Shown: positions 26,469 through 36,000 of the stretch, piece by piece
How positions within the stretch are numbered: position 1 is the first letter of the stretch
How the letters are laid out: each line of letters opens with the position of its first letter
From: Lytechinus pictus
Lineage: Eukaryota
Assembly (NCBI RefSeq): GCF_037042905.1
Contig: NC_087247.1
Coordinates: forward strand, 12,648,001 to 12,712,000
Direction: 5' to 3'
DNA: 64,000 nucleotides
Translations under genes and position numbers: made by a program
The notes under the pieces: model-generated
The model's database searches: none
Told to the model about the DNA's origin: nothing
What the model saw: the letters and a program-made list of their open reading frames with translations, nothing else

Positions 26469-28967
26469 AAGACATGGTGTATTACTTTTACTATCTCTTC
26501 TACTACTACTTATACTATCACTACAACTACTACTACTAATAAAGATATAATAAATGAAATAAATTAAAAAATAAAAATAAAAATAAATAAATAAAAAAAA
26601 ATGAAATAAAATAGAAGGGGAAGGAGAAGACGAAATTAGAAAGAAAGACATCCTTTTATTCATTTAGTTGATAATTCAAACGTACCACATCAGCTGCTTG
26701 TCTCTTGACTCGGTCTATCAGATCTTGCTGAAAAAATGAAAATAAAAGAAAGTTCCCATAAAGCAATGCGTAAGGACTGCCATGACTTGCAGAGATATAA
26801 ATCCCCCCCCCCAAAAAAAAAAAATACACGTGTGTCGATCTATAATTTTTCAACCAATCGGGGGAAAAGATGCAATTCGACTCTTCATGAATTGTAATGC
26901 ATCGGACGACTTCAAAGAAGTTATTATCCCCTATTCTTGAATCATATCATGTATAGAACCCACCATGCCTACGGTAACATGATTTAAATAAAACTTCTCA
27001 TAAAACGATTATGCAGATCCTGGTCATACATCCTCAGCTGAACAAATCTACTTATATCTTCATAAGAGCGAATACGTATTGTAAAATTGGATTTACATGG
27101 TTGCCATATGAGGCTATTGAAGAAAAAAAAATCTTTGGGTATGAGTTTTGCTTGGAACGCAAGTACAATAATAAAATGCAAAACAGTGCAACGAATTATT
27201 AACAAATTTACACGACAGGTCAAGCATGTCAAGCCCATTGATCATGTTGATTTTCGAAACAGGGTCTAAACTTGTAAAAAAAATAATTGATAGCTATTTC
27301 ATCAAAATCAATAAATCGGGGAGGGGGTAAATCTGACAGGGTTGGCACCTCCGCTTTCTACCCCCGAGAATATCTCAATCTCCATGACAACCCACGATCT
27401 CCGCCCGTCGCTCCGGTGACAGAGTGTCTTCGAGTCAATAGACCTTCCCACGCCCCCCTTGTCTGCTGGCTTTTTCTCACCTATATACAACCTACCTTGC
27501 TAGACCGAGGTCTCTATAGTTACCAGCTATTGGTTGGATGGTGGTAAGAATAATAATTGTTTTCAATAAAACATCCCACTCTCTGTCCTTTATTCAATGG
27601 CGGTATTTTTCCATTTTAGCGTGCACTTACAATTAAAAAAACATATCCAAAATGGCAAACTATTGTCCGTAGTATTACCTGTGAGTATAATGTATTTCAT
27701 TGAATGAAACGCGTTTCCTATAAATATGACTTTGATTTTTTTAAAGGAATCAAAAGTGACATTCAAGATATCTTATAGATGGAAAGATGATTAAATAATT
27801 ACGTTTGAATTTTGACTCAATCATTGCTTATCTTTTACTATCAAAACGTTTAAAATTGTAATTGCAATAATGAACCTATTTAGTATTATTGTAATATATT
27901 GATTTAAATAACATGATATATTTTGTTAAACTTCAATTTAATAATATATGAAAAATGGTCAACCAACATGTTTTTTCAATAAATAATTAATGTATGCTTT
28001 TGATATAATTTAACACATATTTTTCAAGGTACTTTCATTCATGCTTCACGTTTGAAAATAATCAGGGAATTATCAGCATTGACATGATTGACCACGTATT
28101 TCATTTGTATTTCCAATATTTACAGAGGCTTCTACGAAATATATATGAAGACTTGCGAATACTGATCACATTTATGGAATATTGACTTTAACATATAACA
28201 AATTAAAAACTATGTTGCATGAATTAGATTATTTTTTAATGTTAAAATATATTTTTTCAATATAATTCTGTATTTACGTAAAAGTTAAAATGGATCTGTT
28301 ATAATTTTGATATGTTGTGTACATGAATTAAAACTTATATTTTTCAAAACTGACTGATATTACAAAATGCTAGAAAACAGAAGGGGTTATGATGGGACAT
28401 ACAAAAAATAAATCTCTTAAGCTTCAAAGAGACATATCTTTTCTTTTTAGAAACCTTGAAACTTATTAAACGATGTCTGTTTTGTGATGGTGAGGATTGA
28501 AAAGAAAAAAAATGTTGCATTTATGCTTTTATAAAAATAAATCCCAATTTTGGTCTATTATTTTTTTCTGAACAAAGGTAAGCAATTGTGAAGGGTTTTC
28601 GCACTTTGTTTACATTTAATGTATCACAATCATAGGTAATCACTCTCAGAAATACATTTTCAATTTAAATTGAAAATTTCAGGCCATCAAAATCTTGCGA
28701 CCCACCTTGGAACTGAAAATCATTTTCTCTTCTGCAAATTTGTAATATTAATTTAAAGATTCGTAATATAAGGTTTTATATCTAAAAAAGTTTAACTCAA
28801 GTTTTACTCACCGCTGTAATCGGCTTCTTCCTCAGATGTTTCGCGAAGGCGATCCATTTTTCATTAGCTTTGGAGGATGATGCATCGCAGGGGTAAGAGG
28901 AAAACTGGAGAACAACAACCAAGAGCAAAATCAGGCGAAAGGCGGTGCCCCTTATCGAGAACCCCAT
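3140..28967 (-). CDS. Secreted ITIH (inter-alpha-trypsin inhibitor heavy chain)-like protein with three tandem VIT-VWA modules and one ITIH C-terminal domain; 32 coding exons, ~2418 aa
   Basis: Exons in transcript order: 28967-28812, 26727-26686, 26111-25945, 25047-24931, 24396-24255, 22905-22764, 21696-21482, 20910-20619, 20127-19816, 19217-18985, 18037-17075, 16843-16680, 16372-16259, 15707-15566, 15063-14800, 14217-13926, 13468-13111, 12568-12382, 11982-11676, 11278-11214, 11027-10867, 10377-10267, 9939-9798, 9366-9106, 8769-8481, 7825-7575, 7144-6854, 6336-6167, 5761-5580, 4895-4797, 4330-3953, 3387-3140. All introns are GT-AG with compatible phases; the total is 7257 nt ending in TAG. 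Signal peptide MGFSIRGTAFRLILLLVVVLQFSSYPCDA (alternative in-frame ATG at 28997). ITIH hallmarks recur three times: hFhhDxSxSM.G.K..Q.K.A, TNL, LTDG.P, GFG, A.RI.E, P.L, YF.GSEL, ER.(W/Y). Confidence 0.88.
3492..3698. repeat. Local tandem duplication (~100 bp x2) in the last intron of gene 1
   Basis: CCATTGCA(T/C)ATCATGAACAGAGTCAGGTTTCTTTGTTTCGGCGTCT...GATTTCTGTTATCTTTT occurs twice. Confidence 0.9.
5740..11027 (-). other. ITIH module 3 (VIT + VWA + helical hybrid region) of gene 1
   Basis: VIT: FNVMSLIILRYAITTVEVEMQN...LPEDAFISNLTI...LTYERKLPRRLGLYEQKIGIFPEQ. VWA: IIFVIDISGSMSGTKLSQVKDA, NTNLHKAII, LIVLTDGNPNHG, FCIGFG. Then FYYEVATPLL, NYFNGSELTVVGKL, IIERIWAY. Confidence 0.9.
6405..6566. 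mobile_element. Short MITE family, copy 1 (other copies ~16015-16152 and ~25355-25499 in opposite orientation)
   Basis: Termini GGGGAGCGTTTCATCAA / TTCATGAAACGCT. Shared core CCGACAAGTTGTCAGATCTGA...GATTGGCTGAGA...ATGGTAACTG. Confidence 0.72.
11780..16843 (-). other. ITIH module 2 (VIT + VWA + helical hybrid region) of gene 1
   Basis: VIT: YNVESDTTERYARTKVEAEYEN...IPSGAYVSDFYV...LTYDELLKRVRGQYEQRINIAPHQ. VWA: IVFVIDVSASMYGTKLSQTKEA, ETNLNEAIL, IILLTDGIPSVG, YTLGFG. Then YFDGSELVIAGRL, VVERIWV, RYNLVTPLT. Confidence 0.9.
16015..16152. mobile_element. Short MITE family, copy 2
   Basis: CGTTTCATGAAAG...GTCAGATCTGA...GACAAAAATGTTGATGAAACACTCCCC is the reverse complement of 6405-6566. Confidence 0.68.
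17095..17680 (-). repeat. Coding tandem repeat (PRTWP / PRTRP / TTTEA) forming a Pro/Arg/Thr/Trp-rich linker between modules 1 and 2
   Basis: Lies inside the 963-bp exon 18037-17075. It has seven TTTEAP units interleaved with 15-bp PPRTW/PPRTR units (about 11 Trp). Confidence 0.9.
23541..23610 (-). mobile_element. Degenerate tRNA-derived SINE head / tRNA pseudogene
   Basis: Minus strand has A box TGGCGCAATGGT and B box GAGTTCGAATC at tRNA spacing. The stems do not pair cleanly. Confidence 0.55.
23903..24177. mobile_element. hAT-like MITE
   Basis: Termini CACTGGCGGATGCAGG / CCTGGATCCGCCCCTG. 8-bp flanking repeats CCACGATG / TCACGATG (7/8). Homologous to 48596-48800. Confidence 0.8.
25355..25499. 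mobile_element. Short MITE family, copy 3
   Basis: GGAACGTTTCATGCAAGG...CAGCCAATCAGAATCAAAGAAAGTTGTCAGATCTG...GTTGATGAAGCTCTCCCC. Confidence 0.68.
25628..25711. repeat. Intronic palindrome (perfect 36-bp core, ~84 bp imperfect)
   Basis: GATATAATCCGGTATAAT|ATTATACCGGATTATATC at 25652-25687, flanked by ATGTAACTGACAAAT..TGTGAC / GTCACA..ATTTGTTAGTTACAT. Confidence 0.9.
26369..26538. repeat. (TAC)n microsatellite
   Basis: Near-pure TAC run 26369-26467 plus a degenerate extension. Confidence 0.95.
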
Positions 28968-30392
28968 CCTTCTTCGTTTTCCAGATCTCCACACCATGGG
29001 TTGTATTTTGTGGAAGTTCGTTCCCTGGACTTCCACTGGCCCTCACACCAACCTAGTTTTGCTTCATACCCTACAAAAATCACGGAGACTTCTGATCATC
29101 AAATTAAACTGAAGAACGAGGAGGTCTTCACTTCATTTCGACATATTTCCTTCAGATATCACTTCATGATCACAAAAGTGTTAAAGTCCATTTTTCTCCT
29201 TTTGTCATCCTGCGATTGACTTGTGAGTGGGTGATTGTTGTGGTTTGGGAGTTTGGCTGAAGTCAGAGTCGAGGACTCCGTGGATAGCAAGATTGGTGCA
29301 ATTTTTATCACCGTCCCAAGGTAAAGCACTAGAGGAAAAAAGGTTTTGAAGAAAACAAAGATAAATGGAACTAAAATATAAATGCATATATCGAAAGCAA
29401 AACATGACAAAATTAACAATTATATCACGTAACCAAGGTGACGATTCATAGAAATGAATCTGAAAACTATATTCATCTTGATAACATTACTACTTATTTT
29501 GGTCTCCGGAAATGGTCGTTGGACATTCATTAAGATTGTCTCTATGTACTGACAAACGTTTACCATAAATAAAATCTAAATGGGATGGCAATGGGGGGGG
29601 GGGGGGGCTGATAATTTTTTTAAAACAATTTAGGTGCCTTATTTAGTTAATTAGAGCAAGCTTTTTTATTTCAAGCATAAATTCGCATAATCAATTAGAA
29701 ATGAGTTCTTACGTAGAATTTGATCTAACAGTTTTGTAGATTATGCCAGCATGGGCAACGCGTGTGCCGATTTTCGTCGCGATCACGCGATCGACGACCG
29801 AGATCATAACGGGGGGGGGGGGCTTAATCAGCCCCATGGCCAGTCCTCTTAGGCGTCGAAATTACCCTGTTTTTTTTTAGGGTTAAGGCACGACACCAAC
29901 ATGACCAAGAGCATTTCATTTGTACATTTTGGGAAAAGTGTTAGTACCCCATCTATGGTTGATAATGAACATGTAAGAAAGTATGGGTGAATTATTATGA
30001 TGTCTCATTTAATTTTTGAAGCGAAATGTATCGTATAAATTATATTGCTACCGCGCCCGCACCATAACCATCATCTTTAGTATCGTTATCATCATCATCA
30101 TAAGCAGCATCGGCATCATCGTCATCCCAATAATGTTTCATATATTACCTTAGGGGATCCACGCTCAACCAGCAATGCTTTTTAGTGGATCCCCTCATTT
30201 CCATATCAGATTTTGTTAAAACTATTTTACAAATGTTTTGGAACTCGTTATTGATTTGTAATCATTGTTATCATATTTCATTTTTATTTGTTTATATTTA
30301 TAATGTATATTTGATTTGTATTTGCTTATAATGTTGATAATGGAAATGGAAAATAAACTTGAACTTGAACTTAAACTTTTATCATTTATCAA

Positions 30393-30530
30393 TATCACCA
30401 CCACTATCATCATCATCGTCATCAACATCATCATCATCATCACCATCAGCACCACCATCATCGTCATCATCATCTTCATCATCGATCATCACAATCATCA
30501 TCATCATCGTCATCATCTTCATCATCATCA
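30393..30530. repeat. (CAT)n microsatellite
   Basis: Imperfect ATC/CAT run in the region between genes 1 and 2. Confidence 0.9.
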
Positions 30531-32854
30531 TTTATTCATTCATTCATCGTCGTTTAATGAAGTCATATTATTGACTTCGTCGTCATTAGCCTCGTCGTAT
30601 CACTACCAGTGTTTCCAAGCGTTATCATAATTACATTAAAGTGCATCGCTTTTCAACATCATTGAAAAAAAAAATCATTTTAATAATTTCTTCCATTAGT
30701 ATCGTCTGTAATAGAGGACACTTAGCAAAATAATAAAAACTGGTGTATACATTTTTGAACTATAAATAAAAAATATACATTAGTTTGGCAAATATTATAG
30801 ACTGTAAAGACAGTAAAACGACTCATCAGATACAACCACAACACAAGTCAGAACACCATATAAATGATTTAAGAAAGAAATGTTTTAGTAATCCTCTTGC
30901 AGAAAAAGTTATCGTATTGTGAAAATGCTACTTGGTAACAGAAATAGCTCTGATGATGACTTGCTTACATGAACCGACTTGATTGACGTAGGATCCGTTA
31001 GAACGATCTTATCGATGAAACATTTCCTATTATTCCGAATAACAGTAACCGTCACCACCTGACTAACCTTAGTATCAGTATTACCGATCACAGCCCAATA
31101 GAACATAAGGATACAAGACAAAGGTCAATGGGACATAAACTATTATTTTTCTAGGGAATTCTTGTTCTTTGAGCAAGTCTGTTCATGGTGACAATTTAAC
31201 AAAGAAGAAGAGAAACTGGACGATCACTCGATTATTATTTTTGGACGTTTCAAGACGACGCATCGGTTACAATTTCACCTCACAAATTACCCAACTGTCA
31301 AAGGAAAAGATCAGAAAGTAAGTTGCATTAAGTCTTTTGAAATTATTCAATGCTACTTTAATGATGAGAACATCATTATTTGTAATTAAATTGAAATGAG
31401 GCCGCCAAAATCATGAAGGGGATGATTAGATTTATGGTTTTTTTCAAATGGTTTAAACCATTTCTTTAAATTGGGACCACCTTATCACCAATATTTTTGT
31501 CAAGTTTGCAAGAACATTATCGTCTGTCGACTTATTCCAATGTTGTTTTACTCAACCACAAATTCTACTTGATTTTTATTTCATAGTGTGTATTTGCCTG
31601 TTTGATTGTTTTTTAAAAAGTTTTGGTACCCCCCCCCCAAAAAAAAAAAGAGCTACATGTCACTATTCCATTCATTAACCTGTATTCCCTAAAGAATTAT
31701 GCTCAGAAGAATAAAAAAATAGCAATGTGTCTCTTTGGATAAACTTTTGCAATGCATTCATGATATTTGATTTTGATCGTGTGCCTTAAAGTGCGATATC
31801 TATCTATATATTTTCTTTTTATATAAAACCGCTTCTCAAGCAATTAATGTGCCAAAGGTTTTCATGACATCACCTGATATCTAATCACTGAATGCGTGCA
31901 CTTTAAATTGCAGGGATTGAAAATAATTCCAGATGGAGAGTGATTATCATGGTTAGGGACGAATCAAATACTGGATTTAGTTCTAATGCTATAAAAAAAA
32001 TAATAATCTTGGAGGATTTGAATTTGAATCCCTAGAGATTAAAAAATAATTTTTAGGATTAAAACTAAATTCAGAATTTGATTGGTCCCTACAAAGTCCA
32101 CCTGGTTTAAGTCCATGCAATTCAGAGTATAAAATCAGGCCACAAAAATCATGAGTACTTCTGAACTACATGATTATACGAGTATATGTTTGAATATCAA
32201 TCTTAGATATCAGTTGAAATTTGAACTTCTGACGTATCAATGAGGTGAGAAATATGTCACGATTAAACAATGAGAAAAATAGTAATATTGACAATGGCAT
32301 TTGTATTATTATACAGTATTACGCGCGAAATGATGCAGGGTAAATAGCGGGCAAGGATAGTCCTCCAGTAAGGATTAACAATGACCTTTTAACCGCTTTT
32401 CCATATTTCAATCTAATGTTATATTGATGGATATAAGTATGACATGTCTGTAAACTATATTGGTGAGTATCACTTCCATGTTTTCTTCCTGTCTCTTCAT
32501 CCACGCATTGCACTCATTCATAACAGAATGAGTCAATCGCTATTTTGTTCAGCACGAAGATGTCTAAAATCAAAACTAAAGTGAGGTTGCTTCGAATAAA
32601 ATGCAATAAAAAGGTATATGACTGATTTCCTTTTTCATTATCTTTGCTTTTTAAACAGGAAAGTGTTGCACCTTACTTTCATTTATACCTTTCGGAGCAT
32701 AGCAGTTAAGGTTAAACGGGTGTTGCATCTTGATTTTAATCATTATAGATAGCACTTTCAATGCCATTCGTACTTTTACCGAATAAACCAGTGGGCTCAT
32801 GTCATTACTCGAGTTCACAGTGCAGGGACTAGTTTCGACTATCGACCACTTGGT

Positions 32855-32861
32855 TATATAA
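32855..32861 (+). promoter_or_regulatory. Candidate TATA box of gene 2
   Basis: TATATAAGAGGG about 225 bp upstream of the Kozak-like ACCATGG at 33083. Motif evidence only. Confidence 0.3.
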
Positions 32862-33082
32862 GAGGGTTATAGAGATGTAGATGTACTTTGGAAAATATTT
32901 CACGTGTGGTACATTTTGAACAAGGATCTGTAGGGCTTACTGGTGGAATAAACATATCGCATCACCCCCGTGAATATTTTGTTCTCGCAAACAAATCGAA
33001 ATTTTCTCCAGCTTTTACTCCTAAGGGATATACGTGTCTCAGTTAACTGTAAAATTTTGATATTCTGTGTAGTATCGTCACC

Positions 33083-36000
33083 ATGGCAAAGTTTCGGATT
33101 GTCTTCTGGTTGGTCGTCATGGCAACGTATCTTACAATAATTTGTGCAGACGATATGGATGAAGATAAGCTCGAGAACTTTCACGACTACGGTAAGCAAG
33201 ATACCAATTTCTATTCATGGGAAATTGACTCTGAGATTTTTTGAATGGTTTCAGAACATAAACAGCATGAAAAGTAGAAGAAACAAAGTATTTTGCAAAT
33301 TTTGATATTTGTGATTGCAAAATATTTTTGAATTTTGAGAGTGAGATTGACACAATGCTGGGTACAAAAGAAATGTAATTCTATTCGAGATGGGAGGGGT
33401 GTATATTTCATTTTCCTCTTTTCATTCTTGTCTCATGTAAAAGGGTAAAGCTTTTTCATATTTGTATGTATATGTAGAGAAACATTAATAAAAGATAATA
33501 CTAATGAATCGTAAGTCTTTATTACACAGGACCACGGCGAGGATAGCATTGATTGAAGCATAATCATTAGGGAGTCATGGAGGAGTTCATTATCTACGAA
33601 GGCATTTACCTAATAGAGTTTTTAAAGAAATGTGAAGTTGCGAACCAACAATGGGCGGAGATACTGTGTGAAAGAAAATTGATTATCTTTTATCATAATA
33701 GAGGGAAGGAAATATAAAAAAGTTAGTTACAAAGGTTTCCACGAATTTCTTGATAAAATTGTATTCTCACTTCTTTTCTTGTAGGAATGAAAAATCCACA
33801 GGTGAAATGCCCCAGCAAGTGCTGGTCAAACCCTCCACCCAAGAAAACCATTTGCGCCACCAACGGCAGAACGTATATCTCGTGGTGTTACTTACGCATG
33901 AGCGCATGCGCACTTCGTCCCGTTGCTGATTGGCAGGTGGCTTACTTGGGATCTTGTGTGCACTCGTATGGGTCCGTCAGCTATACATCATCAAGTGCGT
34001 TTCAGGTTAAACATTCTTACGAGGAGGCGATTCCCCTTGGGCAACTAAAGCGTAAGCAGCAACAACAAAGACAAAGAGCTCACTTTGGAGAGGAGGAGGA
34101 GGAGGAAGAGGAAGAAGAAGAGGAAGAGGAGGAGGAGGAAGAACAAGGAGACTATTCTTCACCCGGTATGACCTTTGCATTGTTTTGCTGAAAAAAATAC
34201 TTATGATTTTTCCCCCTTTGAGAAATCATTATCAATTCGAATTTCATTCATTGCAATTATCGATCATACTCAATAACCATTTTATCCACTGTTGTAAACT
34301 TCCATAGCCTGGAAGTGGATCAGTCCTTTAAAAAAAAGCAAGAAAAGAGAAAAACAAAGCAGTTACAGTCACCCAAGGCAAAGACAGGGGACATTTCCAG
34401 TTGACCATGGGCCTTTTCACACGTGAATCTTGAATCATTATTGTAATGATTGCAATTCGTCTTTAGAATCATCGAACCTTTCACACGCTCACTCGAAAAC
34501 TGATTTGAATTCGAATTCCCGAGCGAAGGCGGTATGTGTCCTTGGTGACTTGTCAATCAAATCACTGCATCGCAAATACAAACTACGATGAGTGCATGAC
34601 AATTGTATTATCTACGGAAGTGCTTGAAAGGTCATGTAAGCTCCGCCCCCAAAAGATGTTTTGGAGTCAAGCCTTTCACACGCAAAAGTCGTAAGGTAAT
34701 TTGAGTGAAACAAAACTGGAATTTAACCTCCGGAGTAGAATTTGAATTCGTGATTGTGATTAGTGTTCGTGATTCTAATCATGTACTAGTTTGGTTATGC
34801 ACGTGCTAAATTTTAGTCATTGGCCTTATTTTTCACTGGAATCATCATTCGAATTACGATTTTTTTTTACCGTGTGAAAGGGCGGTACGTTAACTCTATC
34901 CTATCATGACAACTATCGTAATACTGTCGTAACAATTAAGCATGTTATGTAATGAAATTGACACTCGAAACCAAAGCATGCACCCACAAAATTCAAAGAA
35001 GAAAACAGCGAGAATGAAAGCAGTTTAGTTCTAACCAGAAGTAGACAGGCTTTACCGAAGTTGCACCAAATTTCAGAAAATTCCAACCGCGGACATTAGA
35101 TTGATGTGTGATCATTGAGTGTTTACTGAACATATATTAACCATTAGAAAGAAATCGAGATGTACTCTTTCACAAACCGGCCCATATACTGATGAGAATA
35201 TATATTTCATTTCAGTTGCAACGGGAGGAAGCGAATCAGAGGGGGAAGAAGCAGAATCATCACCATTTGTACCATTTAGTTTTGCAGGTAAGCTAATGTC
35301 CACAAAACATAGAGATGTATATAATTATATATATATTGACAATATAATATATTTCTATGCTTCAAAACATAATTAAAACATATATAGGAATACTGTTGGC
35401 GAACCAAACGGGTTGTATCTTCATACACTGAAGATCTGCCATTATTGCAACGCAATGCATTGCAAAATTTGATATCTTAAGATGAAAAAGCTCATAATTA
35501 TAATAACCTATTTCAACTATTTTTTTCCGGCCTGAATCAATAAGTTGTCCGTATCCCGAACTTTACAACGTTTCACAATGCCTGTTGTCTCGTGACAACA
35601 TTCTGTTGTTCTCCACGTTGTCAAGGTTAATGCGGGTGGTGAAAACGCACTGCTGTAACCTAACAATGGTTTGTAACATACTGAGTTCATACAGCCTCTA
35701 GTTGAATACTATACTAGATGCTAGATTTAGTAGTAAATGAGAATTCAAGATTCATGTATTATAATGTAGATTGGTTATCTGAAACGCTAAACATTTTACA
35801 TTCATTTACAGCCCCTGAATCTGCTGAACCAGAAGAATCAGAAGAACCGGAAGAATCTGAAGAACCTGAAGGTTCGGAACCAGCAGAATCGTCACCGATG
35901 GAACAAGCAGGTATTTCTAACAATGGTTGTATATTCCGTTGAAATGAGTCAATGAGACATTTTACAATTGTATTACACACCTTCCATGCGTTTGAAATGA

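Noticed and set aside
3140-28967. Three separate tandem ITIH genes
   Set aside because: Modules 2 and 3 have no signal-peptide exon, modules 1 and 2 have no C-terminal domain or terminal exon, and linker exons join them in phase. Transcript data are still needed to exclude this.
26248-30630. Poly-Val/Thr and poly-Ile/His/Met ORFs
   Set aside because: They are translations of the (TAC)n and (CAT)n microsatellites.
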